Assembly (NCBI GenBank): GCA_021796435.1
Contig: JAJYXM010000016.1
Location: 438,625 to 502,624, forward strand
Length of the DNA: 64,000 nt
Origin: a bacterium
Lineage (GTDB): Bacteria > Patescibacteriota > Patescibacteriia > 2-12-FULL-60-25
Direction: 5' to 3'
This document shows positions 47,590-56,529 of the stretch, piece by piece (the first letter of the stretch is position 1; every line of letters begins with the position of its first letter). The notes beneath the pieces are model-generated. The model was not told the DNA's origin. It searched no databases and worked only from the letters and a program-made list of their open reading frames with translations. A program made the position numbers and the translations under genes.

Positions 47590-48977
47590 AGAAGATATTC
47601 ATCACGCTTTCGAGAGGTTTTTTGGCGCGGAACATATTGCAGACCGATATTTTTTCCGACCTCTTGGCTCGGGGAGACGAGTTGGTCATCGCGACGCCCG
47701 GGGTGGATGACCCTGATTTCATCAAGACTTTTTCTCGTCCGGGCGTAAAGATCATCGGTTTTCACGTCCCTAGGTGGACCTGGTTGGACAGGAGGTTGGC
47801 GGGGTTCCACCACAATCTTCTGTGGAGCGGCACCGTCAGATTCACGGCTAAGTATGGGATATACAAGTCGGGAAAATTCCAGTCTTTCCGATATGTCTTA
47901 CAGCTGTTGCTGTTCAAACCGTTATCTTACATTCCGCAGTTGCGCTTGATTGTGCGTTGGCTAGATTCCATCCTTCGTCCTGCTCCGGAAGAGGCGCTTG
48001 AGCAGTTGCGGGCGGAAAAACCGGATTTGGTTTTTTTGACGAATCCCATGGAGGATGCGGATAGCTTCTACATCAAAGCCGCTAAGCAGCTCGGCATGAC
48101 TACGGTCGGTCTGGTGAAGAGTTGGGACAACATGTCGAAGACGAGCTTCCGGATTCTGACCGACTACGTATTGGTCTGGGGAGAATACATGAAAGAAGAG
48201 GCTATGAAGTATCAGCTCTATCCGAAAGATAGGATCTTCGAGGTCGGAGTGCCGCAGTTCGACATCTACAAGACGCGGAAAGGATTGAGGCCAAAGGATG
48301 AATTCCTCGAATCAATGGATTTGGATGTGGGGCGCAAGACCATCATCTTCGGATCAGAAGGGAAGGTCACGCCGTATGATCCGGAGATAGTCGCCGGTAT
48401 CGCTGACATGATCGAACGAAACGAGTTGGTCGAGCCATGTCAGGTGCTGGTACGGCCGCATTTCGGATATAAGAATGATGCGGATAAGTTCGATCCTGTG
48501 GCCGCGCGGCGACATCTTGCCATGGATAGGTCCAACACGCCGCGACCCGTATTTTATGATCAGTGGGATTATTCCCGTGAACATTTTTTGCGCTTGGCCG
48601 AGATACTGCAGGCAGGTGATGTGATGGTGACGACTGCCTCGACTTTGGCTATAGACGCGGTCATGTTCGGCATGCCGGTGATCGCCATCGCTTTTGACGG
48701 AGAGCATCATTTTTCCCACGAGGAATCGGTTGCGCGATGGTATGAGACAGAGTACTATAGCCACGTCCTGAAGACCGGAGCCGTCGTAATCGTCAGGAAT
48801 TTCGCGGAATTACGGGCGGCGTTGAACGCGATCTTGGAGAAGCCTGACGAAAGGAAGACGCAAAGAGCTGAGCTGGTAAGGCGGTTCGCCGGAAGATTCG
48901 ACGGGAAAGCAGGCGAGCGTATAGCGGCGTATCTCTCCGAGCTGGCCGAAACAGGCAAAATAACAAAAGAATTATGA
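47586..48977 (+). CDS. GT-B-fold surface-carbohydrate biosynthesis protein (TagF/CDP-glycerol glycerophosphotransferase-like or related)
   Basis: ATGA overlap. FGSEGKVTPYD ... VLVRPHFGYKN ... GDVMVTTASTLAIDAVMFGMPVIAI resembles the C-terminal nucleotide-binding half of TagB/TagF-like enzymes. This is a weak family call. Confidence 0.4.
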   Translation: MKKIFITLSRGFLARNILQTDIFSDLLARGDELVIATPGVDDPDFIKTFSRPGVKIIGFHVPRWTWLDRRLAGFHHNLLWSGTVRFTAKYGIYKSGKFQSFRYVLQLLLFKPLSYIPQLRLIVRWLDSILRPAPEEALEQLRAEKPDLVFLTNPMEDADSFYIKAAKQLGMTTVGLVKSWDNMSKTSFRILTDYVLVWGEYMKEEAMKYQLYPKDRIFEVGVPQFDIYKTRKGLRPKDEFLESMDLDVGRKTIIFGSEGKVTPYDPEIVAGIADMIERNELVEPCQVLVRPHFGYKNDADKFDPVAARRHLAMDRSNTPRPVFYDQWDYSREHFLRLAEILQAGDVMVTTASTLAIDAVMFGMPVIAIAFDGEHHFSHEESVARWYETEYYSHVLKTGAVVIVRNFAELRAALNAILEKPDERKTQRAELVRRFAGRFDGKAGERIAAYLSELAETGKITKEL

Positions 48978-49750
48978 GTGAAAAATCAGCGACATACGAA
49001 AAAAAGACGGGCGCTTTATACGGTTCATTGTTTACGGCGTACGACGACAAGAAGTTCGAGGAATCGGTCGCATTGTTCGGGATGCGCCATAAGAAGTGGG
49101 GCATCGATACCGAATGGTTCCGCGGCAAGGAGTGTCTGGATGCGGGCTGTGGTGGGGGAAGATATCTGATCGCCCTTTCGCGTCTGGGCGCGAAACGCGT
49201 GGTAGGCATAGACATCAGCGCCGATGCCGTCGCGGCAGCTAACCAGCGCATACAGGATAAGGGATTCGGTGGAATCGCCGAGGCGAAGCAGGCTTCGGTC
49301 CTTGAGATACCTTTTCCGGACGCGTCTTTCGACTATGTCGTCTCATCCGGCGTGATCCATCACACACCTGATCCGAAAAAAGGTTTCGACGAATTAGTCC
49401 GTGTCTTGCGACCCGGCGGAAAACTGTTCTTGTCGGTTTATGGACGCGGCGGGTTGGTCTGGATGGTGAATGACATCGGACGATTGATTGCACGTGTAGT
49501 ACCTTTCAAGACGATGGAGGCGCTGTGGAAGGCGATCGGAATCCCGGCCAATAAACGCTACAACTATCTCGATAATATGTATGTGCCGTACTGCTACCGC
49601 TATACCGAAAAGGAGATACGGAAGTGGTTGGCTGACGCCGGGTTCGAGAATGTACAACGTCTGAAGTTCGAACGTTACGATTATTCCACCTTGTGGTCGC
49701 GTATCATGCACGGTGAAGGCTGGTTGCAGTTCTACGCGGATAAAAAATAG
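48974..49750 (+). CDS. Class I SAM-dependent methyltransferase (paralogue of 50460..51299)
   Basis: CLDAGCGGGRYLIALSRLGAKRVVGIDISADAV ... DNMYVPYCYRYTEKEIRKWLADAGFENVQRLKFERYDY. Confidence 0.75.
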   Translation: MSEKSATYEKKTGALYGSLFTAYDDKKFEESVALFGMRHKKWGIDTEWFRGKECLDAGCGGGRYLIALSRLGAKRVVGIDISADAVAAANQRIQDKGFGGIAEAKQASVLEIPFPDASFDYVVSSGVIHHTPDPKKGFDELVRVLRPGGKLFLSVYGRGGLVWMVNDIGRLIARVVPFKTMEALWKAIGIPANKRYNYLDNMYVPYCYRYTEKEIRKWLADAGFENVQRLKFERYDYSTLWSRIMHGEGWLQFYADKK

Positions 49751-49756
49751 GAATTT

Positions 49757-50449
49757 ATGGGTTTGGGCTTCTTTACGACCGATCAGATGCCCGATAGACA
49801 AGCTGAAGTCAGTGGAGAACTGAAGCGACAGCCGTCTTGGGTTTTACGAGATGGCTTGTTGCAGCGGGTCTTAGGTGGCTTGGATAAGACGGCGTCGATA
49901 GTGGATTTGGGTAGCGGCAGCGGAGAGACCGAGAGGCAGCTCTTACAATTAGGATTCACGAATATTACGACGGTCGATATCGGGGATTATCTGGATTTTC
50001 CGGGTAAAGACACAGCGGCAATCAAGCAAGTCAGGGCCGACCTCTCGAAAGACGTGTTGGATATCCCCGCTGAATCCGCTGACGTGGTCTTGGCGTTACA
50101 GATGCTGGAGCATCTGGAGAATCCGTGGCATTGTGCGCGGGAGATTTTGCGTATCGCAAAGCCTGGTGCGATCATTTTCGTCTCGATCCCTGATGCGACG
50201 AGTTTCATTAACCGGATGATCTATCTTTTCAGGGCTGACGTACCCACGTATGCAGTGAAGAACAACCATATCTCGTTATTCACCAAGGCGCTGTTCAGTA
50301 AGCTTTGGGGTGGAAAGGTAGAGTTCAAAACGACGTTCCATTCCGAGGCGTATTTCAAGCTCTTCAACCGGAAGCTGAGGTTCAACGGTAATTCGTGGTT
50401 CGGCAGGCTGTTCGCCCGAAAAGTGGCGTATTGCTTAATGCGGCGATAA
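49757..50449 (+). CDS. Class I SAM-dependent methyltransferase
   Basis: IVDLGSGSGETERQLLQLGFTNITTVDIGD ... VVLALQMLEHLENPWHCAREILRIAKPGAIIFVSIPD. Confidence 0.65.
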   Translation: MGLGFFTTDQMPDRQAEVSGELKRQPSWVLRDGLLQRVLGGLDKTASIVDLGSGSGETERQLLQLGFTNITTVDIGDYLDFPGKDTAAIKQVRADLSKDVLDIPAESADVVLALQMLEHLENPWHCAREILRIAKPGAIIFVSIPDATSFINRMIYLFRADVPTYAVKNNHISLFTKALFSKLWGGKVEFKTTFHSEAYFKLFNRKLRFNGNSWFGRLFARKVAYCLMRR

Positions 50450-50459
50450 CCGTTAATAT

Positions 50460-51299
50460 ATGCCCGTTATGAATGAAACACCTATCCTCAAAATACCATT
50501 ACGACCTGACTGGAAGTTCGTCCCGACCAACATAGAAGATTCGACGGGCAAGATATATGACAATCTTTTTTCCGCTTACGACGAGAAGCGTTTTGAGGAG
50601 TCGGTGGAGCTGTTCCCGATGCGCCAGCAGAAGTGGGGCATATCGCTGGATTGGTTCAAGGATAAGGTGTGTTTGGATGTAGGCTGTGGCCAAGGCCGTT
50701 TCGTGACTGCGCTAGGTAGGCTGGGAGCCGCAAAAGCCATCGGCGTTGATATCAATGAGAAAGGTCTGGAGGCTGGCCGGAATCGCCGTTGGTTCAAGGA
50801 GTTGAATAACGTCGAGCTGATGAACTCTTCGGCCGGAGATCTGCCGTTCGTGGACAGCTATTTCGATTACGTCATCTGTTCTGGAGTGCTTTTGCTCATG
50901 CCCGAACCAAAGAAAGGTTTTGATGAGTTGGTGCGCGTGACCAAACCTGGAGGACGTATTTTCCTTTCGATGTACGGCAAAGGCGGACTCAAATGGGCGG
51001 TGAATGACTTCTTCCGCTTCTTCCTGATCCGTTGGGTGCCATTCGCGTTCACCGAGAAGGTTTTCAAGGCCGTAGGCGTGCCGCCGAATAAGCGCTACAA
51101 CATTTTGGATAACCTTTATACTCCATATACGCATCGCTACACCGAGAAAGAGATCCGCAAATGGTTCGAGGATGCTGGTTTCGAGAATATCCGCCGCGTG
51201 AAGTTCGAGCGTTATGATTACGAGACTTGGCAGAGCAGGTTGATTCATGGGGAGGCGTGGATACAGATAATCGCCGATAAGAAACCGGCAAACACTTAA
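50460..51299 (+). CDS. Class I SAM-dependent methyltransferase (paralogue of 48974..49750)
   Basis: CLDVGCGQGRFVTALGRLGAAKAIGVDINEKGL ... DNLYTPYTHRYTEKEIRKWFEDAGFENIRRVKFERYDY. Confidence 0.75.
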   Translation: MPVMNETPILKIPLRPDWKFVPTNIEDSTGKIYDNLFSAYDEKRFEESVELFPMRQQKWGISLDWFKDKVCLDVGCGQGRFVTALGRLGAAKAIGVDINEKGLEAGRNRRWFKELNNVELMNSSAGDLPFVDSYFDYVICSGVLLLMPEPKKGFDELVRVTKPGGRIFLSMYGKGGLKWAVNDFFRFFLIRWVPFAFTEKVFKAVGVPPNKRYNILDNLYTPYTHRYTEKEIRKWFEDAGFENIRRVKFERYDYETWQSRLIHGEAWIQIIADKKPANT

Positions 51300-51406
51300 A
51301 TCTGGCGTGCTACGTCGTTAGAACCTGCGCTACTCGCTCTGCGTACGCTTGAGTACGCGTCGCTCCGTTGCTCGGTTTTTCCTAGTATCACATCCAGATT
51401 AAAGAG
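51296..51406. repeat. Hairpin-forming intergenic element, family 2 (copy E), between the MT gene and neuB
   Basis: Terminal inverted repeat ttaaatctgg / ccagattaaa. Core ctcgctctgcgtacgcttgagtacgcg and cgctccgttgctcggtttttcct. It starts at the MT stop codon. Confidence 0.75.
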
Positions 51407-51460
51407 TTTGCTTACGCGAACCAGTTGACGGGATGAGAAAACTCCCTTAATCTCATCTAG

Positions 51461-52594
51461 ATGTCGATATTTTTCGATTCTCCGCAAGGAAAACGCGGGT
51501 TGGGCGAAGGCCATCCGGTTTTTGTCATTGCCGAGATCGGCAAGAATTTCATCCAGACGGAAGAGCCTAAGACGACCGAGGAATATCTCGAGAACGCGAT
51601 AGCTCTGGTGAAAGCGGCGAAGGATGCGGGGGCTGATGCGGTGAAATTCCAGACGCATAACTTCGTGGATGAGCAGGCGGATATCGATGTGGTCTCTCCG
51701 CATTTCCGTGGGTCGGACAGGTACAACTGGGTCAAGCGTAATGACCTTTCGACTCCGGTCGAGACTTTCTGGAGGCCTTTGAAACAAGCTTGCGACGAAA
51801 TCGGCATAACTTTCTTTTCGACTCCCATGAGCCGTGGTGCGGCGCATAAGCTGGATCAGATAGAGCCGGTATTATGGAAAGTCGGTTCGGGAGACGTCTT
51901 GGATTTCGTCATGCTTGATCATCTGCGTACGAGCGGGAAACCCATCATCATCAGCTCCGGCATGAGTACGCTGGAAGAGGTCGATAAGTCGATCGCTTTC
52001 TTAAAGGAAAAGACGGATCAGGTCGTGCTGCTGCATTGTGTTTCGCGCTATCCTTGTCCACCGGAAGACCTGCATCTAAAGACGATCGAATTCTTCAAGG
52101 AGCGCTATGGCATCCCTGTCGGATTTTCCGATCATTCGACCACTATCCATTCGTCCATGGCGGCAGTAGCTCTTGGCGCGTCGGTGATCGAGAAGCATTT
52201 TTCTTTCGGTAGGGAACTTTGGGGCTCTGATCATAAGGTGTCATTGACCCCGCAAGAGATGGCGGAGCTTGTGAGCGGCATACGCCGGATGGCTGAGGAT
52301 CGAGTCTATAGGGATGAGATCTTGCGTCATGAGTTGGTTCAGAAGGGGATGGGTGAGAAAGAGAAGGTGATGGACGAAGGTGAAGCCGTATTCCGTCCGT
52401 TATTCCGTAAGACGCTCGTCGCGGCGCATGACTTGCTGGCCGGGACTGTTATCGAAGAATACCATCTGCACGCCAAACGTCCGCAAGCACATCTGTTCGG
52501 TCTAGCGTCAGAGGAATACGGGAGGATATTGGGAAGAAAACTGAAGCACGATCACAAGGGCGGGGAGCCTTTTGCGGAAAACGATTTTGAATAA
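51461..52594 (+). CDS. neuB: N-acylneuraminate-9-phosphate / N-acetylneuraminate synthase family (NeuB/PseI/LegI-type nonulosonic acid synthase)
   Basis: NeuB motif VIAEIGKNF ... GADAVKFQTHNF. C-terminal SAF domain TLVAAHDLLAGTVIEEYHLHAKRP. Confidence 0.8.
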   Translation: MSIFFDSPQGKRGLGEGHPVFVIAEIGKNFIQTEEPKTTEEYLENAIALVKAAKDAGADAVKFQTHNFVDEQADIDVVSPHFRGSDRYNWVKRNDLSTPVETFWRPLKQACDEIGITFFSTPMSRGAAHKLDQIEPVLWKVGSGDVLDFVMLDHLRTSGKPIIISSGMSTLEEVDKSIAFLKEKTDQVVLLHCVSRYPCPPEDLHLKTIEFFKERYGIPVGFSDHSTTIHSSMAAVALGASVIEKHFSFGRELWGSDHKVSLTPQEMAELVSGIRRMAEDRVYRDEILRHELVQKGMGEKEKVMDEGEAVFRPLFRKTLVAAHDLLAGTVIEEYHLHAKRPQAHLFGLASEEYGRILGRKLKHDHKGGEPFAENDFE

Positions 52595-52676
52595 TTATTT
52601 TTCGAGCTTTAGGGCCTAGTAGGCTTGACAAAAACGCCAAAAAAGAGTAAGACGCTTTGAACAAGGGGAGGGTCGA

Positions 52677-53618
52677 ATGAATCTCTTTGGCGTACTTTTG
52701 ACATTATTCGGGGCTTTGATGGTGGCGATATACGCCATCGCGCTTCGCGCCATGCTGCATCGAGGCAAAAGCGCAGAAGAAAGGCCGGAAGAGAGTGTGC
52801 TGAACGGCGGCGTCATGACAGTCGCAGCCGTCTCGCTCTTCATCTTGGTGTCCGTCACGCGGACTTCGATAGATCTTGCTCCTGGTTTCTGGAAGTATGT
52901 CGCAATCACCGGATTGCTGAACATACTGATCAGTTACTTGGGGTTCAAGGCGCTGCAGACCAAGGATGACGTATCGCTTGTCGTACCGATCAAGGACACG
53001 ACGCCGGCGGCGATCGTCCTGACCTCTTGGATCATCGTGGGGGAACGCCCATCGACGATGGGGTACGTCGGTATCCTGTTGCTCGTGGCCGGTACCTACA
53101 CCCTGAACATCCAAGGCCTGATCGATCAGTTGCACAGCGGACGCTGGACCTGGAAGGCGTTTTTGGAGCCTTGGTTGGCTCTAGGCAGGTCGCGTGGTGT
53201 GCGTTTGGCGTTCGCTGCTTCGGCAGTCGGTTGCCTAGCGATACCGTTCGATGGCCTCGCTTCGCGATCCGGCCCGCCGCTCTTCGCGCTTGCCTGCGTC
53301 ATCAGCTTCTCTGCAGTCGCGCACTCGATTCGGGCATTGGCCTCGGGTGCGGGAAGGCAATTCTTCGATCGACGGCGCGGCATGCCTTATGCGGCGTTGG
53401 TCGGAGGGGCATTGTTCGCGGCTGCCACCGGTCTCTTCTGGTGGTCGTTCCGGTTCTTGCTCGTCGCGTATCAGGCGACCGTCAAACGCTCGGAGACGTT
53501 CTTCGTGATCGTTCTCGCTTTCCTTATCCTTCGTGAGCGGAAATCTTTCCGGTCACGGATGGTGGCGGTCTTGCTTATGTGCATCGGTACCATCCTCATC
53601 GCAAGGTCACGTGGTTGA
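52677..53618 (+). CDS. EamA/DMT-superfamily-like 10-TM membrane transporter
   Basis: Two repeated 5-TM halves. No specific motif was recognised. Confidence 0.45.
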   Translation: MNLFGVLLTLFGALMVAIYAIALRAMLHRGKSAEERPEESVLNGGVMTVAAVSLFILVSVTRTSIDLAPGFWKYVAITGLLNILISYLGFKALQTKDDVSLVVPIKDTTPAAIVLTSWIIVGERPSTMGYVGILLLVAGTYTLNIQGLIDQLHSGRWTWKAFLEPWLALGRSRGVRLAFAASAVGCLAIPFDGLASRSGPPLFALACVISFSAVAHSIRALASGAGRQFFDRRRGMPYAALVGGALFAAATGLFWWSFRFLLVAYQATVKRSETFFVIVLAFLILRERKSFRSRMVAVLLMCIGTILIARSRG

Positions 53619-53630
53619 AAGGGAATCGTC

Positions 53631-54734
53631 ATGCAGACACAGACAACACAGGGTCAGGATCCGAGGAATTCAGTGTTTCAGGGCTTGTCGGGAATCCTCT
53701 ACGCGGCGTGCGAGCCCATCGCGCCTTCATACCGCATGCAGTCGCAGACGGCGGCAGCATGCGCCGACGCAGTCTGTCCTGGTGGTCTCGCGGGCAAGCG
53801 GGTGCTCGACATCGGCTGCGGATTCGGCACAACGGCGCTCGCCATCGCGGCGCATGCGCCAGCCGAGATCGTCTGCGTCGACACCTCGCAGGTGCATCTG
53901 AACCTGCTCGAGCACACCTTCTTCGGGGATACGAGCGCCGAATCCTTCCTGCGCAGCGTGCAGGCGGAGGAGGTACTCGGGAAGTACTTCGAGCCGACGG
54001 TCGAACTCCTCAGCTCCATGCGGCGCGAGTTCCGAGCGAGCCGCTTCGTCCGGCGGGGTGGGAAGCTCTATACGTTTCTCGCTTCTTCGCTGGATCTCAC
54101 GCCCGAGATGATCGGGGGCGAGGTCGACGCGATCGTGGGGAACAACTTCCTGCACTGGCCATGCAACCAGCGTCGCGCGCAGTACGTCAAGGACGGCGAC
54201 GCGGAGAATGCGCTTGAGCGTGCCAAGGACGATGCGCTCAAGGCTTTGGCTGCACTGAAGAAGCCGGACGGCGTCATGGCTCTGCTCGAACCGATCGACT
54301 TCGTCCGTACCGATGACACCGCGGCGTACCAGGATATGGTGGCGCACGCCTTGGCCAACCATCCGGCGTTCGTGGCCCTGCATTCCGGGATCAACGATCG
54401 CTTGAGGGTGCGCTACGGCATGGACCGCAGGATGCCGTCTCTCTCGCCGATCTTCGAGCTCGAAGCGATGCCAGCGCTTTTCCGGCGAAACGGCCTCGAG
54501 CTCATGAATGTGGCCCAGTTCGAGCGCGTCATGCCCGTAACGTATGGTGACGCCTTGGACTTCATGTTCGTGCGCCTTCCCATGGTGCTGGGCGGCCTCG
54601 ACATCCCGTTCGACGCCAAGCTCGCCCTGGCCAAGGAGATCGAGATCAGGCTGCGCTACGAGGCGACCGAGATGAAGCCCGAGATCCTCAGCACTCCGCT
54701 CCACGGCCAGTACTTCGTCTTCCTGGCCAAGTAG
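53631..54734 (+). CDS. Putative class I SAM-dependent methyltransferase with a long C-terminal extension
   Basis: Motif I VLDIGCGFGTTALAIAAHAPAEIVCVDTS. This gene has markedly higher GC than the island average. Confidence 0.5.
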   Translation: MQTQTTQGQDPRNSVFQGLSGILYAACEPIAPSYRMQSQTAAACADAVCPGGLAGKRVLDIGCGFGTTALAIAAHAPAEIVCVDTSQVHLNLLEHTFFGDTSAESFLRSVQAEEVLGKYFEPTVELLSSMRREFRASRFVRRGGKLYTFLASSLDLTPEMIGGEVDAIVGNNFLHWPCNQRRAQYVKDGDAENALERAKDDALKALAALKKPDGVMALLEPIDFVRTDDTAAYQDMVAHALANHPAFVALHSGINDRLRVRYGMDRRMPSLSPIFELEAMPALFRRNGLELMNVAQFERVMPVTYGDALDFMFVRLPMVLGGLDIPFDAKLALAKEIEIRLRYEATEMKPEILSTPLHGQYFVFLAK

Positions 54735-54855
54735 TCCTTCCTCAATAATCGCCTGTCGGTGCTCACCGGCAGGCGATTTCCATTTTCATACCTTGGCTTG
54801 ACCAGAATCCAATTTTGGACTAAGGTCTGACATCCCTTTCACAAGGAGTAGTGGA

Positions 54856-55920
54856 ATGTCGGAGAATCAGGTTTCTGTTGTTTTCGTCACCAAAGACAAG
54901 GGCGGATTCGAGGCCAGCTACCCGCTGGCTCAAGAGCTGAAGCGTAGGGGCCACCAGGTCAAGGTCTTCGCTGAAGGCGTCTCCCTCGAACTCTGGAGAG
55001 CGTCCGGTCTCGAGCCGACCTTCGCTGGTTCCCTCGACTTCAGGCGTGAGCCGAACGAGGTGGATGCCAAGGTGCTGCTTTCCGTGGTCAATCCAGACAT
55101 AGTCGTCGCCACGATGGGTTCGCCCATCAACCTCGAACTCGAGTGCGGGAAGGCGGCCAACGATCTCGGCATCCCTTTGGCCATCATCGAGGATGTGTGG
55201 GGGACGTCGGGACGCATGACCTGCCCGGCCCAACTGGCCTTCACAGTCGACGACTTCGGTGTGCGACTCATGCGTGCACTTCCTCAATTCGCCGCAGCCA
55301 AGATCATCGTCGCCGGTAATCCTGGCGTAAGCGCGTTCGAGGTTCCGTCGGGAATCGAGGAGCGGGTAGAGCGGCTGCGTGAAGAGAAGGGGACGGTCGT
55401 CATGTTCGCCGGCGAAGGACCGGGTACCTCTGAGCTCCTGGTCATGACGTTCCTTTCGCTACGCAAGTCGAAAGAGCGTTGCGTCGTCGTGCCGCGCTTC
55501 CACCCCAAGTACCTCAACGTCCCTGAGAACAGGGTACTCTGGGAGGGGATCGTCGAGGCGATGGCGGGTGACAACGTCGCGGTCACCCGGGTCTTCGATG
55601 ACGTGTCGGATACGCGTGCCCTTGCGGCGCTATCTGACGTCACGATTTCCGGTTCGAGTACCGTCCTGCAATATGCGGCGAAGTTCGGCCGCATGTCGGT
55701 CAGCATCACGACGGAACTGACACGCAAGTTGCTCGGCGAGCAGGTGGCTTACAACGAGTACCCCGGCATCAAGCTCGGAATCGCCGTGCCTCTGCGTGAA
55801 CCCTGCGACATCATCTCTCTTGCGCGCGAAGCAGCTCCTGGAATGCGTGTGAATGCCAAGCACGTCTTCCGCGTGTTGCCGATCGAGGAGATCGCCGACG
55901 CCGTCCTTTCCCTGGCCTGA
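54856..55920 (+). CDS. Hypothetical protein, possibly GT-B-like
   Basis: VVFVTKDKGGFEASYPLAQELKRRGHQVKVFAEG resembles the N-terminus of Rossmann-like GT-B proteins. No diagnostic motif was found. Confidence 0.35.
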   Translation: MSENQVSVVFVTKDKGGFEASYPLAQELKRRGHQVKVFAEGVSLELWRASGLEPTFAGSLDFRREPNEVDAKVLLSVVNPDIVVATMGSPINLELECGKAANDLGIPLAIIEDVWGTSGRMTCPAQLAFTVDDFGVRLMRALPQFAAAKIIVAGNPGVSAFEVPSGIEERVERLREEKGTVVMFAGEGPGTSELLVMTFLSLRKSKERCVVVPRFHPKYLNVPENRVLWEGIVEAMAGDNVAVTRVFDDVSDTRALAALSDVTISGSSTVLQYAAKFGRMSVSITTELTRKLLGEQVAYNEYPGIKLGIAVPLREPCDIISLAREAAPGMRVNAKHVFRVLPIEEIADAVLSLA

Positions 55921-56018
55921 ATCTTCAGGCGTTCCTCTTCTTGCCTTAGCCCGCACTCTTGTCTTAGAGATTGCGGGCTTTCGTATTACCAAAATTTAGG
56001 CTATCGTGTCGATTGACT

Positions 56019-56447
56019 ATGACGAATAAATGCCTCTATATCCCAAAAGAACGAATCGATGAGACCCTGGCTCAAAGTCCACAAACGGGAAAAAGATTGC
56101 TTGAACCGCTTAAATCCTTTTCGGCCGAGCATGCTGCACCTTTTAATATCCTCGAGGATTGTCAGGTCTCGAACGACGCCGAAATCCATCAGCATGAGTC
56201 GGATCTTTGGTACTGCATCGAAGGCGAAGTGAGGTTCGTTTGCGGAGGGCAAATGGTCGACCCTTGGTTCAAGCAGTTGCCGGACGGTACAGAAGACAGG
56301 CGAGAGATCAAAGCCAAGACCATCGAGGGCGGTGAGGAAATCCTGTTGCATGCCGGCGATTGGCTTTGGATCCCCGCAGGTGAAGCGCACCAGCATTTTT
56401 GCGCAGATACGGCGCGTTTAGTGATAATCAAGATCCCGAAAGTTTGA
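56019..56447 (+). CDS. Cupin-domain protein
   Basis: Cupin motifs EIHQHESDLWYCIEGEV and LHAGDWLWIPAGEAHQH. The start was chosen at MTNKCLYIP (the ORF track's 55971 adds 16 aa). Confidence 0.55.
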   Translation: MTNKCLYIPKERIDETLAQSPQTGKRLLEPLKSFSAEHAAPFNILEDCQVSNDAEIHQHESDLWYCIEGEVRFVCGGQMVDPWFKQLPDGTEDRREIKAKTIEGGEEILLHAGDWLWIPAGEAHQHFCADTARLVIIKIPKV

Positions 56448-56529
56448 GGTTCGATTCTTGAGGTCGTTTTTCCTGTGCCGCCTGTTGACTTTTGGGCGGA
56501 AAAAAAGTAGTTTAGGGAGGCAAAATATC

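Noticed and set aside
56440-56475. tRNA-like T-arm sequence ggttcgattct
   Set aside because: No acceptor stem, D-arm or anticodon arm can be formed from the flanking sequence. It is a chance match in the spacer before neuC.
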